Assembly (NCBI GenBank): GCA_951406725.2
Contig: OX597818.1
Coordinates: 105,586,001-105,650,000 of the forward strand
Direction: 5' to 3'
DNA length: 64,000 bases
Source of the DNA: Octopus vulgaris
Lineage: Eukaryota
The first letter of the stretch is position 1. Every line of letters starts with the position of its first letter. This document shows, in pieces, positions 26,139 to 38,942 of this stretch. A program made the position numbers and the translations under genes. The notes below the pieces were generated by a model, which was not told the origin of the DNA, did no database searches, and saw nothing but the letters and a program-made list of their open reading frames with translations.

Positions 26139-27490
26139 ATGTATGTATGTATGTATGTATGTATGTATATATAAAATATGAACACAAATGGGTTGAAGGC
26201 TCACTACAGTTGTTTCAGACACATTTTATATTGATGAATCATTTGATTACATCATAAAAAAACCCATTGTATTTGCATATATTATATACATGTATGTGCT
26301 GAACTCGACCCTTTCCTAGTGTCCTGAATGTTAAAGCACTTTGATTGAGATGAATCCTACAATGAATTATATATAGTACTTCAGACAAACTTCTCCCCAG
26401 TGAACCATCTTTCTAACACTTCTTTCATCCCTCCACCCAGGTTCACCACTTGTGTATTCTCCTCCACTCTACCTCCCACTCTCCCTTCACACCTTCACAC
26501 AATGTATCACTGTTGAATCTCTTCCCCACAACATATCCCCCTAACACCCAATCCCTGTATTTGCATCAACTCATTACATTTCCTCTTATCCTCTCCCTCC
26601 CTCTTTTGTAATCTTGTGAACTTAACCACCAACTCACCCTATCCAATCCTTAGTTCCACTCCTATACCCTCCCTGTCACATCTTTACAGCCTTCTCTCTC
26701 TCTCTCTCTCTCTCTCCAACTGAGATAGTCATGTATCTCATTTACTGCAAGATACCTATTTCTGACCTTCTATTCGTACATGAAAGTCATCTCTCTCAAT
26801 ACTACTCCCCGCTCTCTTGAGGTGGGGTCTTGTCTTGCAAGTTACTTAGTGATTTCACTGCTGTTGGCACCACATTAAAGACATCCAGGGAATTCTGTAA
26901 AGTGAATAGCATTAGGAAGGTCATCTAGCCATAGAAACCATACCAAAGCAGACAGTAGAGCTTGTGCAATCTTCTGATTTGCCAGCTCCTGACAAACCAT
27001 CCAATTCATACTATCATGGAAGAAAGATATTAAATGATGAGAAGTCAAAATATTCACAAGAAGTACCCATAAACCTCACAGAACCTTCTGATTGGTGTAA
27101 ATTGATAAATATCCCTTAGCTAAACATTTGATACGACCAAAACACTAATGCAGTTTTTGCTTGAAGAAATGGAAATGAACACATGCAATAATAGCTCCCC
27201 TTAAAATCCATGGATATTGCAAATCATATTTGTAATGTCCTATGAAAGGGGAATGCAGTCACACCAAAAAAAAATGTGCTTTGTGGAAACATGTAACAAT
27301 GCATAAAAGGATTTAGGAATTTCCATCCAAAAGTTCTTGTTATTACTATATTTATAGTGGCAGCAGACAAATAGCCATCCCATAAAATTACTCAGGAAGA
27401 TGGGAATAATAAGTGATAGCTGGAAAAAATACGTAGGAGCTTCTTATGAGTACACTCAAAAATGTTCCACATAATAAACAAACTTAAAGG

Positions 27491-27517
<27 letters not shown>

Positions 27518-27521
<4 letters not shown>

Positions 27522-27850
27522 GTGATGGATAAATTGTTGTCATTTTATATTTTTTTAATTTCACACATACTCATTGTTTGTTTTTGATTTTGTCAACTAC
27601 ACAGTATAGTAGAGGCAGTTGGGCACCATGGTGCAATTCACTCTGCCAGAAACTTGGAAACAACATGCTGTACTGCTTGGCATTCACGCTGGAAGTTTCA
27701 ATGTGAACATTTCAGCATGTTTGGGTGTCAATCTGAGGACGGTACAAAGGATTCAAAAAGAGTTGGATGGGTCAAATGGTGATTATGAAGGCACAGCAGC
27801 TTGGAAAGCTCACTCTGATTGTTCTGATGAGAAACGAATTACTGAATTTG
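27518..27850 (+). mobile_element. Tc1/mariner-superfamily (maT/DD37D-like) transposon 5' fragment
   Basis: Begins at the end of a (TA)n tract; HTH-like ISACLGVNLRTVQRIQKEL; overlaps in sequence with the copy at 48731-49046. Confidence 0.65.
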
Positions 27851-27859
27851 TATTTGTAT

Positions 27860-27917
27860 ACAGGGTACAAGTAGGGGTTTCTTCAAGGATCAGTCCTCAG
27901 TCCCCTCCTGTTCATCT
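27860..27917 (+). mobile_element. Tiny RTE reverse-transcriptase fragment
   Basis: GTACAAGTAGGGGTTTCTTCAAGGATCAGTCCTCAGTCCCCTCCTGTTCATC = VQVGV/QGSVLSPLLFI with one frameshift (RT QG motif). Confidence 0.6.
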
Positions 27918-28029
27918 TAGATATATTTAACAACATTATATAAAAATATCTTGAAATACTAAGAGTAAATTAATCCAATAAAATCACCACTGAAGTCACT
28001 AATGAGTAATCTATACTGAGGGTTACATT

Positions 28030-28571
28030 CTTCACCAGGGAAGGTCTTTGCATTTAAGAGCAACCATGAATCCCTTTTTCTGGTGAGAATATAGTCAATC
28101 TGGTGAGAATGGTCACTGGAGAATGGCAGAGATGATTGTTGCTGTCCTATTCTGCAAAACTAGTCTAAGCTTACACATCCTATCACATATTCTAACTACT
28201 TCAATTACCTTATTTACCCATTTCTCTGTTAGAAGTATACCAACACCTCCTATCCTGTCACCGTTGCCCTCCCAGAAGGATTTGTACCTACGCTTTTTTC
28301 CAGTGAGGAATCTGGCTGAAGCTCCCCTCCTCCAAACTTTTTGGATGCAGCACATATCAACACATCTCCTTTCAAGCATCTCAACAATCTCACTTGACCT
28401 ACCTTTCAATGTGCCTACATTGACAGTGCCAACTCTGAGGGAATATGTGGGGATAGGAACTGTAGCAATCAGTGTCTGGAAATAAGGATTTGCCAATAGA
28501 CATGACATAGCAGTAGTCTTCATATTTAATCTACCATCGTTCATGTTATACTTGCTTCCTCCACTGGACAT
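28030..28571 (-). mobile_element. RTE-clade LINE AP-endonuclease fragment
   Basis: LRVGTVNVGTLKGRSSEIVEMLERRCVDMCCIQ...GGVGILL...RICDRM...TIISA, then QIDYILTRKR after a deletion; typical RTE APE motifs. Confidence 0.88.
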
Positions 28572-29495
28572 AGGTGCTGTACCAGCATTAGTACAGCAGT
28601 TTTAATACTGATACCAATAAATGTATATAAGTTGACTTAGATTAGCTGGTTAGTTATTGTTATGTACTGTACAAATACACATGTTGGTAAATTAGATAGA
28701 TAAGCAGGATAAGGGTAGTTAATTTGTTATATATAGTTAGTGACTAATCAATTAAATAAATAAGCTATGAAATATTAAAACTAGGAACAGCATGGTCATG
28801 TTCAACTTCATGTTACAGCAAATGGGTGATATAATTGCAGGGAAAGTTGGAGACGAACGAAAGGGCTGTTTTGGGGGGTCCCAGTAGAAAAGAAAGAGAT
28901 TTCCGGTATAGGTGGTGGTGGTGGTGGTTCAATGCATGTAAGCAAACATTGTTTAACCAGAGACAAGAGGGAATACAGGGCAAGCAAAAATTAAATTGAA
29001 TAAAATTAAATTTAAATAGTATTAGCAAGAAGGTCCAAGCATTAATGAAGATGTTGACAGAGGAGGATATGAAACAAGTATGAAATTAAATTAAATTAAA
29101 TTAAATTGAATGTGGTTAAATCAAATCAAGTAAAATTAAATAAGATTAGAAGAAAATTAAGTTAGATTAGAGCATGCTAAGTTGAATTAAGTTAATAAGG
29201 ATGAGGGGAGCAGCAAAGATGGGCAGATTAAATCTGAGGACAAAAACACAATTTCAACTTATCTGAGCATTTCGGCATGTCTAAACAACCAGCAAATAGA
29301 TATGATAGAGGGAGATATGTGTGCGTACACGTGTGTGTGTGTGTATATATATATACACTGGCCAGCTCGCTTAGCCAGCAGGATGGCGTAATTTGAAGGC
29401 TAAAACAATGTGAAGCGCATTGTGACCAGCAATGTGTAGCAACATCTGATAGCCTGGTCGGTCACGCTGATCACGGTGATATATACATACACACA

Positions 29496-30601
29496 CACAG
29501 GTTAGACAAAATAATGGAAACACCTTAAAATTTCAAACAAATTTATTTTAATATGGGGTAGGACCGCCTTTGGCAGTAATTACAGCTTGAATTCTACAAG
29601 GTATGGACTCATACAAAGTTTGAATTCTTTCCAAAGGAATTTTTGTCCATTCTTCAGCTAAAACAGTTTCCAGTTCTTGTAGTGATGATGGCGGAGGATA
29701 TCGACTCCTTACTTGTTTTTCTAAAATGCACCATAAATATTCAATAATATTGAGATCTGGGGACTGTGGTGATCAGATAAGATGTTCAACTTGACTAGAA
29801 TGTTCCTTGTGCCATTCAGTTACAACTTTAGCTGTGTGAATTGGTGCATTATCATCCTGAAAGATTGCGTTTCTCTCCAGAAACAGTTCCACAACCATAG
29901 GATGAACTTGATCAGATAAAATGCTTTAATAGTCTTGACTATTAATTCTGCCATGAAGGGAAACCATAGGGTTGGTGGATTTCCAAGATATAGCCCACTG
30001 CTCTAGGGACCAGTTCTGTAGGTTTTTACTCCACTCTAAACCCTTGCGTTTTTGAAAGTAGTTGTTTTCTGATTGCAGGCTTTCCATGAAATCCAGCTTT
30101 GTGTAGCTCACAGCAAACAGTTTTTGTGGAAACTGGGTTCTGGAGGTGGTCATTAATCTTTGCAGTAATTTTGTAATCCTTTTCAACAATTAGCATAAGA
30201 ATCCGACAGTCCCTATCTGAATGTTTTGGTTTTCTTCCGGGGTTTTGTTTTGACAAAAAAATTTTTCTCTCTTCTTCAAAGGTCGTTATTATTTCGAGAC
30301 AGTACTTCTTGATGCACCAAACATTTCGGCTGTTTCCATTATGCTAGCGAGCACCGAGTGCCATATGAGCACCAACAATTTAACCTATTTGAAAGTCCAA
30401 TAGATCTGTCATTTTAATTAATTTTAATTACCTTTTTCTGATAATATCTGAAAAGAAACAGCAATTTTAGCAAAACATATTAAGTAACACTAATAATAAA
30501 TAAAAAAAAAACATAAAAATAAATAAGCTTTTGACAGTTTTATAGATATTTCAAAATTATGATGCTATGATGCTAGGTGTTTCCACTATTTTGTCCAACC
30601 C

Positions 30602-30606
<5 letters not shown>
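29496..30606 (-). mobile_element. Internally deleted Tc1-like transposon
   Basis: TIRs CACAGG..TTRGACAAAATARTGGAAACACCT at both ends; transposase remnants GRKPKHSDRD, VSTKTVCCELHKAGFHG, IFQDDNAPIHTAK, SPQSPDLNIIEYLW (DD34E type). Confidence 0.9.
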
Positions 30607-30640
<34 letters not shown>

Positions 30641-30668
30641 TAGATAGATAGATAGATGTATATATGTA

Positions 30669-31520
30669 TAAGAAGTGGTATCAAAAATTATGTTTTATAA
30701 AAAAATAACTTATTTTCTTAAGCTTTAACATCATCTCCTTTGAAATAGTCATCTTGTACTGCAATGCACCGGTCCCAGCGTTCCTGCCAATTTTGGAATC
30801 TGGCCTGGAAGTCAATTTGAGGACTTTCTATGATTCACTCTGGATCTTCATAATGGTATTAAAACAGTGTCCTTTGAGCTGCATTTTCACCTTAGGGAAG
30901 AGATGGAAGTCCACAGGTGCTAACTCTGGCAAATAGGGTGAGTGCAGAAGCAATAACATGTTTTTGGTGAGAACCTCACAAGTGGGGAGAGCTCAGTGAA
31001 GAATTCAATTCTTTCTGCTCCACAGACCTGGCTGCTTTCGCCAAATGTCCTACCCCAGATGCTTCAAAATATCACAGTAGAACTCTAGACTGATGGTCCA
31101 GCTCTGGGGGATGAATTATTGATGCACAATACCCCATTTCCAAGTGTGATGCTTTTGGCAGGTCTTTCAGATCACTCATTGTCTTCCAGGGACATTCTTT
31201 CACTTTTGAAGAGCCTATGCCATTTGAAACATTGTGTAAAGCCCATTGCCATAAGCTTACTGAAGCACGCTCAATGTCTCAGTAGCAGCCTTCCCAAGTT
31301 TAACACAAAATTTCATGTTGGCTCTTTGTTCCAACTTTCTGTCCATGACAAAATTGCAGACTACAACATACAGGTAATCACAAAAACACAAATTTCACAA
31401 CTTGCTGAGTAAACATATTGATGTTACCCAGCACACTGCCTCAGGAATGTCACTGCTAGCTCTTACTGTATGTACAACTACATACTGCTGTCTGTTGGTA
31501 AGCTACAGAACTAGTCTGGG
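30669..31520 (-). mobile_element. Decayed non-autonomous mariner-like element
   Basis: Degenerate TIRs (GTGGTATCAAAAA / TTTTTTATACCAT); minus-strand remnants EQRANMKFCVKLGK, LEDNE*SERP, PYLPELAPVDFHLFPKVKMQLKG (YSPDLAP.D-like), YFKGD end. Confidence 0.8.
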
Positions 31521-32050
31521 AACTTTTTTTATACCATCTCATATATATGTATACATGACTTAAGCCTAATTGTGTTTATCTGCATCACTACTTTCATATC
31601 AGCTTGTTTTGGATTTCTCTTGTAACCACCCTTGACACTGTGGACCTAGTCCTGGATACAGAATTCGGAGTTTAAATTCAAATTCATTTGAGCACTACAA
31701 CATGTTTTCTATACTGAGCATATCTGGCTCTCATCTATCACCTGTGTGTGTGTGTCTATGCATACATACAATAACATGCAATAAAATATGTTATTCATTT
31801 GCTTCAATGTTATATGGAAGTCAATGGGAAATAAATTTTGTGTTATAAGATTCCATTTAATGGCAGGATTTTCAAGAATGCAAGGCTTCCGTAATTTGGG
31901 AGATGTCTACACATAAATGAGATATTTAGTATCAGTATTTAGTTATGCAAATCTTGATAAATTCTCTTGAACAATGAGCAATATGTGTTTATGTATACAT
32001 GCATACACACACTTATATACATTATGTGTACATATATGTGTGTGAGTATG

Positions 32051-32104
<54 letters not shown>

Positions 32105-32235
32105 TTCATATATATGTTCATGCATATCCGTGTGAGTGTGCATATGTCTGTGTGTGTAAATATATATATATATATATGAAGAGAGAGAAAGGGTGAGAGT
32201 GTGATGACGATGACCATATTTATTCTATCTTATCT

Positions 32236-32272
<37 letters not shown>

Positions 32273-32933
32273 CACAAGTGTGTCTGTCTCCATGACATTT
32301 AGGTACCCTGACTCAGTATTTAATGACTGTTTTTATAGTTATCATTTAGTCTACCTTCTAATATTTCAACCAGCATTCTGCTTTAGCCACACCAACCTTG
32401 CTCCACCCTCTGTTATATTTTCACATGAATATATCCAACTAAGGCTCAGTTTCAGGTGTTCTGCATTACAGCATAACAAGGCTTCCAATTCTTCTGAAAC
32501 AATGCCAGGTGATAGATAAGTGTACTCTTCTATTAGCTTCCTTCCCTTTTGGAAGCTTCTACATGGTTGCTCAACTTGGAAGAAATAGCAACCAAATCTC
32601 TCTCAAATTCTCAAATACCATCTTAAAACTAGTTAACTGTACAATCCGACTAACTTTGCCTGACAATCAATGGTGGTGTGTTTACATCCCCGCAACTTAG
32701 TGGCTCGGCAAAAGAGACTGATAGAATAAGTACTAGGCTTACAAAGAGTAAATCCTGGTGTCGATTTGCTTGAGTAAAGGCAGTGCTCCAGCATGGCCAC
32801 AGCCAAGTGACTGAAACAAGTAAAAGAGTAGATATATGTATGTTATGCAATATAATATAAATATATATATATATATATATATGCTATACAATATAATACA
32901 CACACACACACACATATATATTCATATAATATA

Positions 32934-32966
<33 letters not shown>

Positions 32967-34143
32967 CACACACACAAACATATATAATATAATACATACA
33001 CACATATATAATATTTATATATGTGTGTGTGCCTCAGCGGTGGTGCCCCAGCATGGCCGCGGCCTTCGGGCTAAAACATTTTTAAGGATTTAAGGATATA
33101 CACATACATAGAGAGAGAGAGAGAGAGAGAGATTAGAATTTTTGTACTTATTAACTTTATTACTATATTGCTCTATTACTAGCACAGACCCCCCACCCCG
33201 TGACTCTTTGCTCTGTTACTGATAACAGTGATAATAAGGATGGTGCTGATACAGATAAGGGTTAGGATTATGATTTATAGTTGAACCTTTGTTATTGTTC
33301 TTATTGTTGCATACCTCTGGTTCAGTTGTAGTTGCACAGAATTGTTCTTGTTGGTGCCCCTCTGGAAGTAATGAGCCCATTTCTGTATGTCAAAGACCAA
33401 TCTGTTGAATAAAGTCTGTCACTTTCACCAGTAAGCTGTGCCATATTGAGTGGGGCTTCATAGCTTGTGAGACTATGGTTCCAATGGAAAGCCAAGAACT
33501 ATCAGAGGTTAACAATTCAGATGTCACCTCTAGAATGCACAGAGTTGAAACAAATAACATATCTTGGTTAACATGCTAGCAAGTTCTGCCTATCTACTAC
33601 TTTGAATTGATAGTTTATCTGTCAGGCATTACTAAAATATGTCCCCCACCCAACTGTTTCCCTCATAACTTTCAGGAAAATGGATATTTTTTAATGAAAT
33701 TTTCTACAAGTACACTTCATCTGTGTAGATTTTTATGATTAAATCAGAAGTTAATGTGGGAGTAAAAATGGGGGTTGAAGTGCATATATTTTAACTCCTC
33801 AATTTTGTTTCCTCCTATGTTTTAATGATGTAGATTACAATTATGTTGAAATAAAAATACTTCTTAGGACTATTCATCTTATTTTATTTTTAAAAAATAT
33901 TCATTTTAGAAATTTCAGAAGGTTAAGTGTGAAATAGTTTCATTTAAAAATATCCATCTTTCAGAAAGTTACAAGGAAACATAGTAACAGTGATGGGACA
34001 TACTTGTCTAGTTATATCCTCTCCTAATCCTGTAAGGTGAAGTTGATCTTGGCAGAATTTGAAGTCAGAACAAATATCACAACCTCTGATGCTAATAATT
34101 CTGCCAATTCAGCATCTTACTGTCTTTGTTGTATTCCTCTTAG

Positions 34144-34845
34144 CAGTGGTGGCTCGTAGATAAAATTAGTCGGGGTGCTGCTTCAGAAAATTTTTAGCTG
34201 TTGTTTTAATATTGTGTAAAAGGAAACAAACATATAAAAAGAAAATTTATGCATGAACTTGATCGGTTCGGGTTTTAGCCACTACTGGGTAGTGTGTTTA
34301 ATTTGTTCACTGAACACTGCCGCGAATTCCCCCTTGTTTTTCAAAAATCCCCCCAAAATTACAAAATAGGGAGGAAAATCTGCCCTATTTTTCAAATCCT
34401 AGCAGCAACACTGTAGCTGGAAGCAAGATAATAATCTAATTCTACACTTTATCACATTCAAGAATATAAACACATTTTTAAATGCAACACACATGGAGTC
34501 AAAAAGAAACACTAGCTTTCACCAGCACACGAAGATTGGAACTGCATGAACTACAGTGCTCTCTCTCCCTAGCATGCAGTTTTCTATCTCGGACATGTGA
34601 GCATGCACACAACAGCCAAACACTGCGTCGCTGGAACTGTGAAGCGCACAGTTCTATACAAGGATTTTTGTATATTTTTCATAAACTAGGGGATGGCTAC
34701 TGACATTAAGCTTAAGGATTATATAATGTTCAAGTATAAAGGAAGAATTAAAGAAAAAAGGACTCATTATATTGAATGTTATTGATAATATCGAGTGGAA
34801 ATAGGGGGTGCTGCAGTTCTGCAGTCTATACACGAGCTGCCACAG
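34144..34845. mobile_element. Non-autonomous hAT element
   Basis: 8-bp TSD CCTCTTAG (34136-34143) / CCTCTTAA (34846-34853); TIRs CAGTGGTGGCTCGT vs CTGTGGCAGCTCGT (reverse complement); subterminal GGGGTGCTGC near both ends; no coding capacity. Confidence 0.85.
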
Positions 34846-35762
34846 CCTCTTAATATCTTTACTAATAACACTAAGAGCTATGACAATGGAGGCCAGATTT
34901 GTCCAGATTTATGGCAGTCAAGATTGTAGGGCATTGATTTAAGCAATGATGATAATGATGATGCCACTACTGATGACAATGATAGTGGTGGTGGTGATGG
35001 TGATCAGTAAACCTTTGATCAAATCTGCCCATGATCACCCTTTCTTTTTCAGGATATCTAGAAAACATTATCAAATGGGCATGATTTGAAGGTGATTTGA
35101 TTGCTATTTCTGAACGATCATGTGACAACATAAGCCACATCTTCACACCTTTCTTGACTCTTGTGTTTGTGGGAGATTTGTAATAATGTGTATTTAATAT
35201 AAGTGGTACTACTGCTTGTATTAGTTGTGTCAGTGAGGAGTGGTGATGTCAGTTGGTAATATGATAGTGTTTGTATTGGGTAGAAAGAACTGGAAGAAAG
35301 CCATTACATTACATTCCTTCTTCTGCACTAAGGTCAGTAAAAAGTAGCTACTTGGTAGAATAGAGACTAAAAGAGAAATTTCTGGATAAATAAAATTAAC
35401 ATTACTGGCAGTTTTTTCTTTGCTTCTGCACCCCTTTTCTACCCATCCCCAACATCTTAGTATAAAGAAGAAGAAAAAATACCCAATTCATTCAGTCTTT
35501 CTCAGGCACACTTACCAAATAGAAAAAAAAATATTCTTTACTTTCATTCAACACCTCTCCACTCCTATGAAGATATCATGTGAAGTATGTCTTGTGTACT
35601 GAAGCCTAAAGCATTAAACTTCCTGTTAAGCAATTCTCCCTACCTCCAACACCTTACCACAGCATTCTGTTCCATTCAACTTTATTTGAAGAAGTATGTC
35701 TCCTGTATTAAAAAAACAAAGCATAAAAGTACTCTACCAATTTGTAAATGTGAATATATATC

Positions 35763-35946
35763 TGTTTCTTTATTACCAACAAGGGGCTAAACATAGAGGG
35801 GACAAACAAGGACAGACAAACGGATTAAGTTGATAATAGCGACCCCAGTGCTTAACTGGTACTTAATTTATAGACCCGAATGGATGAAAGGCAAAGTCGA
35901 CCATGGCGGAATTTGAACTCAGAACGTAATGGCAGACGAAATACGC
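35763..35946 (-). mobile_element. 5'-truncated SINE, same family as 41589-41816
   Basis: Reverse complement of the 41589 copy (GAGTTCAAATTCCGCC..GGTCGACTTTGCCTTTCATCC...). Confidence 0.85.
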
Positions 35947-36765
35947 CTTACATGTGAATATATATCAATTACAATGTGATAGAGGACTCTTAAATCTTTT
36001 TTACCAGCCTATGTGTTATGCTCCCTGCATTTACCATTTCTTCACACACACACACATACATTCAACATCCAGTAAGCCATTCTCACCTATTTTACTTTTC
36101 CTCTTCTTATTTCCTTTTTATTTCATTTGTTTTGTTTTGAAAGTTAGCTAATTAATTGTTTTCTAAATCAAAAGAATCTGTAGATCTGGTGTTTATCTCC
36201 AGTTTAAGAGGATGAAAGGAAAATATCTTCTGGAGAGTGTACTGTTTATTGTCAGTTGTATTTTCAGTACATCAGCCCAGTGAGTTGTCAATTCCACAAA
36301 GATCCTATTTATTTTGAAGTAGTTGGTCTTGGTCATTAAGAGTTCAATCATCATTAGCTATAGGATAAAAATCACAGACCCTCTTAGCTGGGTATTGGGA
36401 TCTCATTGCTAGAAACCAAACAAAATGAGAGAGAGGGAGAATATTACACATTAGTGGCCTACTGGATAAGAATGTTATTTTTAATTTAGAAATAATGGTT
36501 CCTGGTTTAAATCCAGTTTCATACTATGTAACCATAGCCACCACTTGCAAATGAATAAGACCTGTAACATGTAGCATGCTTTTGCTTGCCGTTGTAAGTG
36601 CATGTGTAGGTAATCTTTTGACACACCTACTCTCAATCTAGCACACTATGGATGTGATTGAAAGAGGAAGAAAGAGATTTCTGCAAAGTAGATTCAAACA
36701 GTATGAAACAAAGTACCTTACCTAAGGACACAATATACCACCCAGTCCAGAAATTGAATACCTGA

Positions 36766-37186
36766 CCACCATTCGAGTGTGATCATTACCAGCGTTGCCT
36801 TACTGGCACTCGAGCCCCATACTAGTTGAGTGTTAAGAGCACCATCCAAATGTGATCGTTGCCAGAGCGGACATCTGGCATCTGTGCTGGTGGCACGTAA
36901 AAGGCACCATCCGAGCATGACCGCTACCAGCATTGCCTTACTGGCACCTGTGCCAGTGACATGTGTAAAAGATTCGAGCGAGGTCATTGCCAGTACCGTC
37001 TGACTGGCACGTAAAAGCACCCACTACACTCTCTGAGTGGTTGGCATTAGAAAGGGCATCCAGCTGTAGAAACTCTGCCAGATCAAGATTGAAGCCTGGT
37101 GAAGCCATCTGGTTCGCAAGCCCTCAGTCAAATCGTCCAACTCATGCTAGCATGGAAGGCGGATGTTAAACGACAATGATGATTAT
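36766..37186 (+). mobile_element. Retroposon 3' segment with internal tandem units and (GAT)n tail
   Basis: About four units of CACCATYCGAG..GATCRTTRCCAG..CTGGCAC followed by the AAGGGCATCCAGCTGTAGAAAC...CCAACCCATGCCAGCATGGAA...TTAAA(YGA)n tail also seen at ~4930, 6810, 22310, 22910, 26910, 43720, 57655. Confidence 0.75.
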
Positions 37187-37592
37187 GAGTTCAACACCCT
37201 AACCACAAGGCCACATGCCTTTATAGGGTGCTGTGTACACATCTATTAATAAAACACCTGATGATGAGTGAAGATTAAAGGGTTAAAAATGACGTGTAGA
37301 TGTAAATATCAAAACATTTTTCTTCTCTAAAGATGAAGTTAATACTTTGAAAGTTTATAAATTGACTAGGATTAGTAGATGTACCCTGTGATTCTTGGGT
37401 ATAGCATCAAAGTAACCTAAGATAGAAGGGTGCAATTTTTAGGAGAGAATCAGTGACTGTCTTTAACATGTCTGCCTACCAGATAGAGGCTCGGTTTATT
37501 GGTTCATTTAGACATGAAGCAAGGATATGATTTGATGAAGGTGTATTGTCATCACTTAGTGGCTCTGTCATTTGCTTATTCATACATATACT

Positions 37593-37800
37593 ATTTTACT
37601 TGTTTCAGTCATTTGACTGAGGCCATGCTGGAGCACCACCTTTAGTCGATCGAGCAAATCGACCCCAGGACTTATTCTTTGTAAGCCTAGTACTTATTCT
37701 CTCACTCTCTTCTGCCAAACCACTAAGTTACGGGGACGTAAACACACCAGCATCGGTTGTCAAGCAATGTTAGGGGTCAAACACAGACACACAAACATAT

Positions 37801-37837
<37 letters not shown>

Positions 37838-38260
37838 AAAGACCCCCTTCGGTCATGAATGACCATGGGATTGCACCTAGAAAGTTACCCTCCTAGACAC
37901 AAGTCCGGGCAAGGTTGTTTATGGAAGACCAGCAGTCGCCCATGCATACCAGCCTCCCCTCTCCACGCCACCAGTATTATCCAAGGGAAAGACAAAGGCC
38001 GATACAGCTTGGCACCTGTGACGTCGCAACTCATTTCTACAGTTGAGTGAACTGGAGCAATGTGAAATAAAGTGCCTTGCTCAAGAACACAACACGCAGC
38101 CCGGTCCGGGATTCGAGCTCACAACCTCACGATCGTAAGCTCGACGCTCTAACCACTGAGCCAACGATGGGCTTCTTTCAGTTTCTGTCTACCAAATCCA
38201 CTCACAAGGCTTTGATCGGCCTGAGGCTACAGTAGAAGACACTTGCCCAAGGTGCCACGC
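37593..38260 (-). mobile_element. SINE of the 20594/23739 family interrupted by a second SINE
   Basis: 3' half at 37593-37830 and 5' half at 38164-38260 flank the nested element. Confidence 0.8.
37838..38163 (-). mobile_element. Young tRNA-derived SINE of a second family, nested
   Basis: Minus strand TGGCTCAGTGGTTAGAGCG (A box)...GAGCTCGAATCCC (B box-like), CpG-rich; older relatives at ~8740-8910 and ~10830-11000. Confidence 0.85.
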
Positions 38261-38901
38261 CTATATATAGAAAATAGAAACATAAAGCAGTGCGATGCAC
38301 TTTGAGGAAAGTTTACTGCTATTTTATTAGATCTAGCTGCAATGTAAAGGCCTCCCTTCTTGGCGCATACATGCATATTTTGATGTATACCAGCAGAATG
38401 TGATTTGAATGAGATTTGGCTTCTGTTTCTAACAGGATGTGATATCATAAAGTGGTTTCCTTTGTTAGCTCATACAAACATATATACATCTTTATGTATG
38501 TATGTATGTATGTATGTATGAGCTTAAAAGCTACCCAATGTAAGTAACTAACCCCAAATGGGAAGTTCTGCAAACAGATCTGACTTGTTTTGGAGAATTG
38601 TTGCAATTGCTTTCTCCGGAATCATATCCTAATGATGATCATATTCATAGTTAAAAATTATGTAAAAAAAAATGCCGAAAACAATTGCAGTAATGAAAAC
38701 ATAGGAATTCAAAATTTCAAGATTGCGGGTCCAGATTCGGCCCAGAATGTTTTTAATATACTCACAGAGTCAGCCTGATTCCATAATGGTATGATATGTT
38801 GGGCTATGGCCTCTAAGAGTAAAGTTGAAACTTTACTGACATTTCACACTTGTTATATTAGATATGTTTAATTTTGGGAAAACTATATTTCAATTAAAGT
38901 G

Positions 38902-38942
<41 letters not shown>

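Noticed and set aside
27823-27834. CTGATGAGAAAC, hammerhead-like
   Set aside because: Lies in transposase coding sequence (SDEKR), has no stems, and the paralogous copy at ~48820 lacks it.
31939-32217. Overlapping YI/CV/TH-rich ORFs (also near 22650-23171, 25944-26257, 45447-45840)
   Set aside because: Translations of (TA)n/(TG)n/(CA)n microsatellites.
33630-34012. Possible Helitron-like element ending in CTAGT
   Set aside because: No clear 3' hairpin or 5' terminus could be defined by eye.
36766-37012. Regularly spaced repeats resembling a CRISPR array
   Set aside because: Eukaryotic context, units are degenerate with related spacers, part of a retroposon, no cas genes.
38095-38163. tRNA-like sequence on minus
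   Set aside because: No complete acceptor stem and it continues into a SINE body; it is a SINE head, not a tRNA gene.
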